NCBI GenBank assembly: GCA_963666425.2 | Contig: OY762825.2 | Coordinates: 2,080,001 to 2,144,000, forward strand | Origin: Bacillota bacterium | GTDB taxonomy: Bacteria; Bacillota; JAAYKD01 | Direction: 5' to 3' | DNA length: 64,000 nt | Part shown: piece after piece, positions 50,354 to 59,758 of the stretch | How positions within the stretch are numbered: the first letter of the stretch is position 1 | Layout: every line of letters begins with the position of its first letter | Translations under genes and position numbers: made by a program | The notes under the pieces: generated by a model | Seen by the model: the letters and a program-made list of their open reading frames with translations, nothing else | Told to the model about the DNA's origin: nothing | The model's database searches: none

Positions 50354-51397
50354 TTGTATAATACCTACGATGAAATGTTGAAATTATTGATTCAGTATGA
50401 CAAGAAGCTGATTACCAAAGAAGAATTCGAACAGAAGAAAATCGATTTACTGTTGGAGGAGCAGCAACTGATTCGTAATGAAGGTCTGGAATCACTGCCG
50501 GTTTTTCATCCAATCAGCCCAAAAGAAGAAAAAAAGGTGCAAGCCGCCATAAAAATCAAACGCTGGGCGGTCTTACTGATCGCGATGGTGATCCTGGGCT
50601 GTCTCACCGGCTTACTTTTTATGAATTGGAAAGAGCATCAAAGCAATCAGCCGGCAGCAGAAGAGCCGCATACCAATGCAAACGGTTTGCCGAGCTTCTC
50701 CCTGGCGTGGACCGACTATTTGCACCTGACGCCGGCAGAACTGACAGGTAAACTGGGAGAGCCGCAGGAAATTCTGGCGGAAGTCAGTAAGCAGGGAGCG
50801 GAATCCTATCCGTTGAAGATCTATGTCTACCCTGCAACGGATGCCCGGAAAGCGAAATTGAAATTCTTTTTCTGGCAGGATCAGTTGGTCCGGCTGCAGG
50901 CGATTGCACCGGATCAGTGGGCTTACACGGACGACAAAGCAATTGCACAGGATTTCGGGCTTACACTCGGCACAACAGCGCAATTGATCTCGAAAGCGGA
51001 TGGTGCTCATGTCTACCATCGGGTCAGCGCAACAGTCGAAGAAATGGCTATTTATAATATCACGGCTGCCGGTGGTTATAACAGTGTCTCTCTGACTTTT
51101 CAGCAACGCATTTTTGGCGGTTTGGCTGTGGCAAATCCGGATCTTTATTGGGCTGGCGCGCAGAGCATGGTGAAAGCGGCATTATCCAGACCGGAAACGG
51201 CTGTTTTCAGCACAGATCCGCTGGATCATCGCATTTTGGAATATCAAGGTAAAATCTGGATCACTTCCAGCGTAACTTATACGAATTCGTCCGGTGAGAA
51301 GAAAACCAGTGAATTTGTTGCTCGTTTTCTGCCAGGAGATGCGGAAAACCCCAATTATCTGGCGATTGACGGCGATGTTTTATACGAATGGTCGTAA
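50354..51397 (+). CDS. hypothetical membrane protein with N-terminal SHOCT-like motif
   Basis: LITKEEFEQKKIDLL, one TM, extracytoplasmic remainder. Confidence 0.6.
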   Translation: MYNTYDEMLKLLIQYDKKLITKEEFEQKKIDLLLEEQQLIRNEGLESLPVFHPISPKEEKKVQAAIKIKRWAVLLIAMVILGCLTGLLFMNWKEHQSNQPAAEEPHTNANGLPSFSLAWTDYLHLTPAELTGKLGEPQEILAEVSKQGAESYPLKIYVYPATDARKAKLKFFFWQDQLVRLQAIAPDQWAYTDDKAIAQDFGLTLGTTAQLISKADGAHVYHRVSATVEEMAIYNITAAGGYNSVSLTFQQRIFGGLAVANPDLYWAGAQSMVKAALSRPETAVFSTDPLDHRILEYQGKIWITSSVTYTNSSGEKKTSEFVARFLPGDAENPNYLAIDGDVLYEWS

Positions 51398-51409
51398 GGA
51401 GAGAAGACA

Positions 51410-51964
51410 ATGGGAGCCAGGGTAATTCAATTTTCGATTGTAAAATTCAACGCTGCCCGTGTGATTGGTAAGAGCGTTGTTCAAAGTTTAGGTGCAGCGG
51501 AAGAGGATCTGACAATTCCGAATTTATGGGATGCTTTGCTTTCCAGCGGTAAAATGGGGATTTTATTTGATCTGAACGGCTTGGTAAACGAATGGGACCG
51601 CGTCGGTTGGGGTGGAGATGTTGATCCGCAAAGCGGCATTTATACCTATTTGGCGGGAGTCCTGACCGCGGCAGGCACGCCGGTGCCAAAGGGCTTTGAA
51701 TATCGGGATATCCCTGAAGGGATCATGGCTTATGCCCAATTGGAAGAAAATAGAAAAGACGGCATCAGCGTTACTTCCTGCGCTTCGGAATTGGTCGCCC
51801 GTGAAGCGGCACGGTATGGCTATGTTTATGACGGCTCCCGCGGCAGTTTTGAATTGGAGTATTATGCCCGGGCGCGTTATGAGGGTCGCTTGAAACAGGG
51901 AAGATCCGTTATCTTAGACTATTTCTCGCCGTGCAAGAAAAAAGCCGAGCGTGAATCACGATAG
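51410..51964 (+). CDS. GyrI-like small-molecule-binding domain protein
   Basis: VIGK...IPNLW...YTYLAGV...VPKGFEYRDIP...FELEYY pattern; AGGAG RBS. Confidence 0.65.
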   Translation: MGARVIQFSIVKFNAARVIGKSVVQSLGAAEEDLTIPNLWDALLSSGKMGILFDLNGLVNEWDRVGWGGDVDPQSGIYTYLAGVLTAAGTPVPKGFEYRDIPEGIMAYAQLEENRKDGISVTSCASELVAREAARYGYVYDGSRGSFELEYYARARYEGRLKQGRSVILDYFSPCKKKAERESR

Positions 51965-51987
51965 TATTGACATGATCAGTCGCACAT

Positions 51988-52028
51988 CAGGATATCTGCT
52001 CCGGTATGATCGGAGCGGGTATCCTGTT
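51988..52028 (+). terminator. hairpin after the GyrI-like gene
   Basis: CAGGATATCTGCTCCG-gtatgat-CGGAGCGGGTATCCTG. Confidence 0.55.
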
Positions 52029-52213
52029 CTGCATTTCTGCCGAACAATCCGCAGGCGAAGGCGGCAGGAAAAGAAAAAAATTTCTCAAAAAATGGAGAAA
52101 GAAACACAGCAAATTTTTCAGCGGACTGTTTCTTTCCCCGTCGTTCTATGTTACAATTCAACCATTCGATTCGTTGAAATCGAAGAGTTGATTGAATTTG
52201 TGAGGCTCAAAAC

Positions 52214-52933
52214 ATGATTGGTTTAGGTACAATTGCCAATGCTGCGACAGTCATCGTCGGAGGATTATTGGGTTTAGTTTTTAAAGGCGGTCTCAAGCAG
52301 CGTTTCCAGGATATCCTGATGCAGGCCTTGGGATTGGCGACGATTTTTATTGGTGTTTCCGGTGCCTTGAAAGGGATGCTGGTGCTTGAAAACGGCAGCA
52401 TTACGACAACCGGAACGATGATGATGGTTATTTCGCTGGTTCTGGGCGCTTTGATTGGGGAATGGATTGATCTTGACAGTGCGACGGAGCGCTTTGCCGG
52501 CTGGTTAAAGCGCAGGACAAAAGCAGAAAATGATTCTTATTTCATTGATGGTTTTGTCGCCACCTCTTTGACAATCTGCGTCGGCGCCATGGCAATTGTT
52601 GGTTCCCTGGAGGATGGCTTGACCGGTAACGCCTCGATGCTTTATACAAAAGCGATTCTGGATGGCATCATCACTTTGATTTTTGCCTCTACCTATGGCA
52701 AAGGCGCCATTTTTTCCGTGCTGCCCTTGGTAGCGCTGCAGGGAAGTATTACTGCTTTTGCGCAGCTGCTGCAGCCAATCTTAACGGAGCAAACGATCGC
52801 CAATTTATCCTTTGTTGGTTCCATGCTGATTTTCTGTGTGGGCTGCAATTTGATGTTTAAAACCAAGATCAAAGTAGCGAATTTACTGCCGGCTTTATTG
52901 ATGGTCATTGCCTACGGTTTACTTCCTTTGTAA
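52214..52933 (+). CDS. DUF554 (YdfK-like) membrane protein
   Basis: GTIAN, CVGAMAIVGSLEDG, KAILDG, VANLLPAL. Confidence 0.9.
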   Translation: MIGLGTIANAATVIVGGLLGLVFKGGLKQRFQDILMQALGLATIFIGVSGALKGMLVLENGSITTTGTMMMVISLVLGALIGEWIDLDSATERFAGWLKRRTKAENDSYFIDGFVATSLTICVGAMAIVGSLEDGLTGNASMLYTKAILDGIITLIFASTYGKGAIFSVLPLVALQGSITAFAQLLQPILTEQTIANLSFVGSMLIFCVGCNLMFKTKIKVANLLPALLMVIAYGLLPL

Positions 52934-52968
52934 ATGAAATCACTGCAGCAAGGATAAGGAGTGAAAAT

Positions 52969-53163
52969 TTGATGAAAAACCTGATGAAATACAGTCGATC
53001 GATCGGTTTAGCATTGTGTGCCTTATACTTTTTTAGTAAAAATTACATCACCTATCCTGATTCAGTTGCCATTGGTATCTGTATCATCGGAATCATCTTG
53101 TTGTTCATCGGTTTCGCATTTGATAAGAATGCTAGAAACGGCAAAAAGCCGCTGCAGCCCTAG
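52969..53163 (+). CDS. small two-TM hypothetical protein
   Basis: 64-aa ORF with two hydrophobic segments, in line with neighbouring genes. Confidence 0.5.
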   Translation: MMKNLMKYSRSIGLALCALYFFSKNYITYPDSVAIGICIIGIILLFIGFAFDKNARNGKKPLQP

Positions 53164-53261
53164 GTAAAACAGCAGGCAAGCGCGCAGAAGAACGGTCTCA
53201 GCAGGAATGCTTTGGCTGGTTGTACTTTTTTTAATCTGTTCGATAAGGAGAGGAAGACAAG

Positions 53262-54443
53262 ATGCAGTACCGGCAGGATAAAAGCGGAAAAGACATTTCC
53301 ATATTGGGTTATGGTTGTATGCGCTTTGGCAAGAACCGTTTTGGCAGTATTGATCTCGCCAAGGCGGAGCGGGAGATCATGGCCGCTGTGGCCGGTGGGA
53401 TTAATTATTTTGATACGGCTTATGTTTATCCGGGCAGTGAAGCGGCGTTGGGAGAGATCCTGCAGAAAAATCAGTGTCGGGACAGTGTGAAAATCGCTAC
53501 GAAATTACCGCATTATCTGGTCAAGTCGCGTGAGAGCATGGAAAAGCATTTTCAGGAACAATTGCACCGTTTGCGCACGGACCATATTGATTATTACCTG
53601 ATGCATATGCTGACGGATGTCAATACTTGGCAACGCTTAAAAGCCATTGGTGTCGCCGAGTGGATCGCGGAGAAGAAAGCCAGCGGCCAGATCGGTCAGA
53701 TTGGTTTTTCATATCACGGTAATTCCACGATGTTTTTACAGCTGCTCGATGCCTATGATTGGGATTTTTGTCAAATCCAATATAACTATATCGACGAATT
53801 CAGCCAGGCCGGCAAGCAAGGTTTACAGGCTGCGAATCGCAAAGCAATTCCGGTGATCATTATGGAACCACTGCGCGGCGGCCGCCTGGTTGGTTTATTG
53901 CCGGCAGAAGCGAAAGCCGTTTTTGCTGCCGAGAGCAGGAAGCGCAGCCCGGCAGAATGGGCCTTGCGCTGGTTGTGGAATCAGCCCGAAGTAACTTGCG
54001 TCTTGTCCGGCATGAATTCTCTGGAGATGGTGACGGAAAATCTGCGGGTTGCTTCAGAAGCGCGGCCGGGCGAGTTTACGGAAAAAGAGTTCCAGCTGAT
54101 TGAACAGGTAAAAACCATCATCAACAGCAAGACCAAAGTTGGCTGCACCGGCTGCGGCTATTGCATGCCTTGTCCGCAGGGAGTGGATATTCCGGGGACC
54201 TTTCGCTGTTGGAATGCGATGTATACGGAAAATAAACAAAGCGGCAGAAATGATTATCTGATGAGTACTGTCCTGCGGGCGAAAGCCAGCGGAGCGTCTC
54301 ATTGCATTGGCTGCGGCAAGTGTGAACCGCACTGTCCGCAGGCGATTTCCATCCGCAAAGAACTGAAAAGCGCCGCCGCGGATCTGGAAACATTCAGCTA
54401 CAAGGTAGCTGAGAAAGCGATCTCTTGGTTTCGGCTTTGGTAA
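53262..54443 (+). CDS. aldo/keto reductase with C-terminal 4Fe-4S dicluster
   Basis: LGYGCMR, NYFDTAYVY, IATKLP, MEPLRGG, CTGCGYCMPCP, CIGCGKCEPHCP. Confidence 0.9.
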   Translation: MQYRQDKSGKDISILGYGCMRFGKNRFGSIDLAKAEREIMAAVAGGINYFDTAYVYPGSEAALGEILQKNQCRDSVKIATKLPHYLVKSRESMEKHFQEQLHRLRTDHIDYYLMHMLTDVNTWQRLKAIGVAEWIAEKKASGQIGQIGFSYHGNSTMFLQLLDAYDWDFCQIQYNYIDEFSQAGKQGLQAANRKAIPVIIMEPLRGGRLVGLLPAEAKAVFAAESRKRSPAEWALRWLWNQPEVTCVLSGMNSLEMVTENLRVASEARPGEFTEKEFQLIEQVKTIINSKTKVGCTGCGYCMPCPQGVDIPGTFRCWNAMYTENKQSGRNDYLMSTVLRAKASGASHCIGCGKCEPHCPQAISIRKELKSAAADLETFSYKVAEKAISWFRLW

Positions 54444-54618
54444 GCAGGCAATTCTGAACGACAGGCATCGCAGCAGCGGCGCCTGTTTGTTGTTAGCAAG
54501 GCAGAATCAATTTGCTAAAAAGCGGTGGCCGCAGGGACAGCATCACGATTTTACCAAAGATTAGCAAAGCAAAGGAATACCGACTTCGTTTCGCGAAAAA
54601 GACAAAAAAGGAAAAGGA

Positions 54619-55599
54619 GTGACAGCTATGTTATTTGATGACCGAAGTGTGACGATCTGCCGTTATCTGGAGATCACTTTCGATTTGAATGACTTGTATC
54701 ACGAACAATATGAAGCCATGGCGGAACAGGAAAGCCTGCAGAAATTTGATCTTGAATCGGCAGTGGACAGCCTGACCGAAGCCAAAATAGAACTGCTTGG
54801 GGTTTTGGCGGAATGCAATCATTTATCAGACGAATCGGCGGCAGCGGAAGAAGCGGATGAAGTACTGCAGGCGATGATCGACTTTCAGGAGTTGCTGCTG
54901 CGGCGGAACTTCAATTTTCTGGAATTCCTCGTCCGTTTGCAAGCAAAACCAATTCCTGCCGAGAAAAGATATGCAGACTATCTCGGCCGCCCGGAATGCA
55001 GGGAACTGACCAGACTCGAAGAGATGGGAGAAAAAGCGTTTGATCTGCTGGAAGAAGTAGCGGAACCATTTATGGAAAAATGGCAGGATGCCGCCGAACA
55101 GGATGGGGATCCCGAGGAAAATGCAGAGGATGAGGGAGACTTTTCCGACGCCAAACCCAATGAATTAAGCGGATACAATGACTTGGTCACCGCCTTGGAA
55201 GAGATTTTTCATTATTATTTGAAAAATCGCCAAGACGAAAGGACCGCTGAGTTTTGGCAGAAATTGGCGCATAATCTGGAGCATTTCGGCGCAGGTCAGG
55301 ATAACCACGAGGTATTTGCTTTTTCTTTCGTTCTGCATTCAACGGAAGGTTTGAAGTATATCGATTTCTATGTGGATATCGACTCAATTGAGGTTTCCTC
55401 CGGCGGTTATTTATTCGATGCGAAGACCGGCGGTGACGCTTATACCGACTGGCTTTATAATGTGTGGAATAATGGTCGGGAAGTCAACGCAGTGAAAATG
55501 GCGGATCTGGCGAACCTTGTGATCATGATGATCAATCTGGGCGTAGAAATTTCGATTGAATTGCCGGAGAAATTTGCCGATCCGGAAGAGAAAAAATAA
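54619..55599 (+). CDS. highly acidic hypothetical protein
   Basis: 326-aa D/E-rich ORF; AAGGAG near the start (ATG 54628 possible); no family recognised. Confidence 0.7.
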   Translation: MTAMLFDDRSVTICRYLEITFDLNDLYHEQYEAMAEQESLQKFDLESAVDSLTEAKIELLGVLAECNHLSDESAAAEEADEVLQAMIDFQELLLRRNFNFLEFLVRLQAKPIPAEKRYADYLGRPECRELTRLEEMGEKAFDLLEEVAEPFMEKWQDAAEQDGDPEENAEDEGDFSDAKPNELSGYNDLVTALEEIFHYYLKNRQDERTAEFWQKLAHNLEHFGAGQDNHEVFAFSFVLHSTEGLKYIDFYVDIDSIEVSSGGYLFDAKTGGDAYTDWLYNVWNNGREVNAVKMADLANLVIMMINLGVEISIELPEKFADPEEKK

Positions 55600-55706
55600 A
55601 GCAGCAGCCAGAAGAGGAGAACGGGAACGCAAGATGGATACACAAACTATCTTGGCACTCCTGAACGAATCCGATGCGATTTCATTGGGTCGGTTGATTT
55701 AAAAAT

Positions 55707-55746
55707 AAAAGCGTTAGGTGAAAAAGATCACCCAACGCTTTTTTAA
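55707..55746. terminator. bidirectional terminator
   Basis: AAAAGCGTTAGGTGA...TCACCCAACGCTTTTTT. Confidence 0.75.
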
Positions 55747-55760
55747 AAGTACGGAGTCGT

Positions 55761-57317
55761 TTATTTTGTTTTTTGCAGCTGCAGGCCTAAAATCCGTCCG
55801 CCTTCCAGCTGCAGACCGGTTATTTTGCCGCTTTGGTCTTTTTGGAAACGGAAGACGCCGTTGAAATCTTCATTCCAGGCAAAGAAGCTGTCTTCGCATT
55901 CGGCAAAACGGTAGAGCCGATGCGTGCCGTGCCGGAAATGGCTGACGAATAGATGGCCATCTTTGGCGCCGATTGTATAATTAGTGGCAATCTCATCGCT
56001 GTGATAGCAGCCACAATAAGTTTCGGCCAGGGCTTGATCGACGACGCCATCCGGTGCAGCGGTAAAGAGCGTCATCGTTGCTCCGGTCAGGCTGATCAAT
56101 TTTTCCGGCCAGACCAGCAGTTCGGTTAAACCGTAACCCAAACGATAGCGATTGCCTTTGATATGGCGCAGCGGTACTTCACCGCGGTAGAAGAGCCCGT
56201 TTTTTTCTTTTATGATGAAAGCCTCCGGACCGCTCGGGTTGAGATAATTCCCTGCGGTCGGCAGGATGACTTGTTCTGTTTCCTTTTCGTGCAGAGCCGG
56301 CGTTTCCTCCGGCAATTCGAGTACGAGATTGGCAATCTTCCTGGCCATTAAGCTCATCAGCAGGTTTTGTGTGTTGCTCAAGAGCACAATATCCAAATCA
56401 TCATCGGTCAAACGCATGACGTGGGCTCGGAATGCGGCATCGGCACCGCCGTGTTCCAGATAAGCATGGCCTTGATATTCGCCGCATTGCAAACCACCGC
56501 CGTAGGAGCTGCGCTTACCATCCGCTAAGATCGGACGCTGCAGCATCAAAGCCATGGTGGCCGCTGTACCTATTTTCGGCGTGCGGTAATGATCCAGCAG
56601 CCGCATCAGGTCATGGGCGGTGGTGTGCAAAGAAGTGGCGCCGTAGGTGCCATAGTTCAGCACATTCCAGCTGAAAACACCTTCGCCGTTATCGTGATAA
56701 GCATAGGCACGCCGGTCGATCAATTGCCAGTAGGTTTCCCGAATCGTGCTGGCAGCCATACCCAATGGCGTGAAGATGCGCTGTTTGGCAAACTCGCCAA
56801 AGCTTTGTCCGCTGACTTTTTCCACCAGCATCGCCAGCAAACTGAAATTGCTGTTGCTGTACAGATAACGGCTGCCCGGCGTAAAGTTCAGGTGCTTTTG
56901 CAAACGAATGATATTGGCCACATCGCGCATCGTAATCGTGTCATCGATGCGCACACCATGGTAGATCAGAGCCTCCCATTGATCCCGGATGCCGCTGACC
57001 ATATTCATCATTTGCCGCAGACTGACGGGTTCCTCGAATTGGATCAGCTCGGGCAGATAGCGCCGCACATCATCGTCGAGATTGACTTTGCCGTCTTCCT
57101 GCAGGAGCAGAACCGCCAGCGCCGTGACCTGTTTGGAGACCGAAGCAACATGAAAGACCGTGTCGCCGGTGATGGGAATTTGGTGCTCCAAGTTGGCATA
57201 ACCAAAACATTTTTCGTAGATGACTTTACCTTTTTGACGGACCAGGATCTGTCCGCCGGGACAGAGACCTTGCTGCCAAAGTCCAAACAAAGCGTCGATC
57301 TTTTGCGTTTGATTCAT
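55761..57317 (-). CDS. beta-lactamase-like serine hydrolase (D-aminopeptidase-like)
   Basis: FHVASVSKQ (SxxK), YLYSNSN (YxN), EHGG; start MNQTQK. Confidence 0.85.
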   Translation of the reverse strand: MNQTQKIDALFGLWQQGLCPGGQILVRQKGKVIYEKCFGYANLEHQIPITGDTVFHVASVSKQVTALAVLLLQEDGKVNLDDDVRRYLPELIQFEEPVSLRQMMNMVSGIRDQWEALIYHGVRIDDTITMRDVANIIRLQKHLNFTPGSRYLYSNSNFSLLAMLVEKVSGQSFGEFAKQRIFTPLGMAASTIRETYWQLIDRRAYAYHDNGEGVFSWNVLNYGTYGATSLHTTAHDLMRLLDHYRTPKIGTAATMALMLQRPILADGKRSSYGGGLQCGEYQGHAYLEHGGADAAFRAHVMRLTDDDLDIVLLSNTQNLLMSLMARKIANLVLELPEETPALHEKETEQVILPTAGNYLNPSGPEAFIIKEKNGLFYRGEVPLRHIKGNRYRLGYGLTELLVWPEKLISLTGATMTLFTAAPDGVVDQALAETYCGCYHSDEIATNYTIGAKDGHLFVSHFRHGTHRLYRFAECEDSFFAWNEDFNGVFRFQKDQSGKITGLQLEGGRILGLQLQKTK

Positions 57318-57327
57318 CTTGCTTGCC

Positions 57328-58383
57328 TCACTTTTTTTTATTTTCCGGCAGCAGAGGATGCCGTACCATCGCCTGCTGCTTGTGCTTTTGGTCCACTGCC
57401 GCATAAATTTGTGTGCTGGACAGATCGGTGTGACCGAGGAGTTCTTTCAATACGTTGATATCTGCGCCATTGAGATAGAGCAGGGTGGCAAAGGTATGGC
57501 GCAGTTTATGCGGCGTGATGCGTTTGGAGGGATCCTCCAGGTCCAGTTTTGCCACTGCCTTCTCGACGACACCGCGGATGCCGCGCGTGGTAATCCGCCG
57601 CAGTTTGCTGGAAATAAATAAAGCATCCTTATTTTCTCCGGCCTGCTCCTCTAATTGTTTCCTGGCATAATCCATCGGGGCAGCGTCAATCTGCTTATGT
57701 TTGAAAGCAGCCGGGTTCGGACGAACCTGCAGGTAATCGCTGATCAGCTTCAGGACATATTCCGTCAGGGGGATTTCACGGATTTTATTGCCTTTGCCAT
57801 GCACAATCAGCAGCATATCATGCCATTTGACATCAGTGAGATTCAAACCGGCTACTTCGGAAATGCGCAGTCCGCAGAACAGCATCAGGCCGACCATGGC
57901 CAGATCGCGTTTGGCAAAACGGCTTTCCTCTGCCATCGACGTCAGTAATTGCGCCGCTTCTTCCTGCTCCAGATAGATATGGCTGCCGGAGTTCTTGGTC
58001 AGTTTGGCGTAACGGATGTTGACGGCCGGGTTGATTGTGATCTGATGCTCTTCATAGAGAAAACGGAAAAAAGAGCGATAAGTGGAAAGGTGGCGGTTGA
58101 GCGTTTTCGGCGAAAGATCCTGCGACAAACGTAAGTAATCCAAAAAATCGCGCAGTATCAGACTATCGACCTGGGCGAACGCGCTGATTTTCTGCAGCCG
58201 TAAGTAAATCACAAAAGTCGCCAGATCATAACCATATTCGATGATGGTTAAGGGAGAATGATTCTGGCGGGCGTATTCATTTTGGAAACGTTCTACCCAA
58301 TGCCAAAGAGCCAGGGTCTCCGCATCTGGGTCCAGGCGATTGCCTTCCGCATCCATCCGAAAAAGTTTGTCAGGGTATGACAA
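57328..58383 (-). CDS. XerC/XerD-like tyrosine recombinase
   Basis: SAM-like N-domain; catalytic GLRISE, HGKGNK, PHKLRHTFAT, LLGH, TQIY. Confidence 0.9.
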   Translation of the reverse strand: MSYPDKLFRMDAEGNRLDPDAETLALWHWVERFQNEYARQNHSPLTIIEYGYDLATFVIYLRLQKISAFAQVDSLILRDFLDYLRLSQDLSPKTLNRHLSTYRSFFRFLYEEHQITINPAVNIRYAKLTKNSGSHIYLEQEEAAQLLTSMAEESRFAKRDLAMVGLMLFCGLRISEVAGLNLTDVKWHDMLLIVHGKGNKIREIPLTEYVLKLISDYLQVRPNPAAFKHKQIDAAPMDYARKQLEEQAGENKDALFISSKLRRITTRGIRGVVEKAVAKLDLEDPSKRITPHKLRHTFATLLYLNGADINVLKELLGHTDLSSTQIYAAVDQKHKQQAMVRHPLLPENKKK

Positions 58384-58389
58384 TGAAAA

Positions 58390-59601
58390 TCAGCTTCCTT
58401 TCCTGACAGGTTGTTCCTGCAGAACTGCCTGATCAATTTCATGGGCACCGTCGGCGATTTCGGCTGGATAAAAGCTAGGAGTACGGCCTGTTTTTTCCAG
58501 GTAGACTGCGCTGATTGTTGCTTTAAATGCTTCAATTTGACTGCAGGGCAGCAGATTGATGGTACAGCCGCCAAAACCGGCGCCGGTCATTCGGGCACCC
58601 AGGACACCGGGGATGTTTTGCGCCGTCTGGGCCAAACAATCCAGCTCCGCTCCGGTTACTTCATAATCATCACGCAGAGAAGCGTGCGAAGCATTGAGCA
58701 GCAAACCGAATGACACGAAATCACCTGCCGCCAAGGCTGCCGAGGCACTTAACACTCTGGCGTTTTCACTAATCACATGCCTGGCTCGCCGCAAGAGCAA
58801 ATCGTCTTGCAGAACAGCGCTTACGTTAGCGAATTGTGCCGGCGTGATGTCTGCCAGATTGGCAGCCTGCGGCAGCACTTTCTGCAGCAGGTTCAGAGCG
58901 GTTTCACATTCCTGCCGGCGTTGGTTATACTTGCTTTGCACCAGCGAACGGGGATAATTGCTGTTGACTATCAAGAAGCGATTATCACCCAAGTGCAGCG
59001 GGACGGTTTGATAGCGCAAATCGGTACAGTGCAGCAGCAGCGCATGGTTCGCTTTGCCCATCGCGGCGGCGAACTGATCCATGATGCCGCATTGCAGGCC
59101 AATGAAATCGCACTCTGCGGTCTGCGCCAGCGTTGCCAGGCGCAGAGCGGGGATTTGCAGCTGATTGAGCCGGTTGAGTGCTGTGGCTGTCACCAGCTCG
59201 ATAGCGGCGGAAGAGGAGAGGCCGCTGGCCAAAGGAATCGTTTCGTGATAATAGAGATCACAGCCCCGCAGCTGACATCCTTGCTGCTGCAGGACGTGAG
59301 CGACCGCTACTTGGTAGCTGCCCCATGGTTCCCGCAAGTAATCGGCTAAATGATCGAGATCCACCTGCAGCAGATGCGGCCACTGACTGTCCGCCAGGCG
59401 CAGGAGGCGGTCGTTGCGCGGCCGCGCCATTAAGAAGGAACCAAGCTCCAGCGCTGCCGGCAGGACATAACCTCCGTTATAATCCGTGTGCTCGCCGATT
59501 AAATTAATCCGCCCCGGTGCCAAAAAGCAGCGGATGCCGTTGGCGCTGCCGCCAAAAATTCCGAGAAAATCCGCCAGCATGGTTTGCAGTATTTGATCCA
59601 T
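58390..59601 (-). CDS. galK: galactokinase
   Basis: APGRINLIGEHTDYNGG, PLASGLSSSAA, CGIMDQF, ARMTGAGFGGC; start MDQIL. Confidence 0.93.
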   Translation of the reverse strand: MDQILQTMLADFLGIFGGSANGIRCFLAPGRINLIGEHTDYNGGYVLPAALELGSFLMARPRNDRLLRLADSQWPHLLQVDLDHLADYLREPWGSYQVAVAHVLQQQGCQLRGCDLYYHETIPLASGLSSSAAIELVTATALNRLNQLQIPALRLATLAQTAECDFIGLQCGIMDQFAAAMGKANHALLLHCTDLRYQTVPLHLGDNRFLIVNSNYPRSLVQSKYNQRRQECETALNLLQKVLPQAANLADITPAQFANVSAVLQDDLLLRRARHVISENARVLSASAALAAGDFVSFGLLLNASHASLRDDYEVTGAELDCLAQTAQNIPGVLGARMTGAGFGGCTINLLPCSQIEAFKATISAVYLEKTGRTPSFYPAEIADGAHEIDQAVLQEQPVRKGS

Positions 59602-59758
59602 TTTTATGAAAACTCCTTCGCTTGCGATTGATGAACTGCGATAGAGAAAAAGGTCGGTTGCCTTCTGCAACAATGTTAGAAATACTTCTCTTTTCAGGCA
59701 GGAAAGCCCTTCCCGAAAGTCAAATACTTTAAGCAATACGGGAAAAGGAGTGATTTGA

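Noticed and set aside
56589-57458. 289-aa + strand ORF opposite the serine hydrolase
   Set aside because: Shadow ORF
46586-58383. Integrative element from tRNA-Met to the tyrosine recombinase
   Set aside because: No duplicated tRNA 3' end (att) seen, no phage or conjugation genes, and the recombinase is Xer-like and operonic
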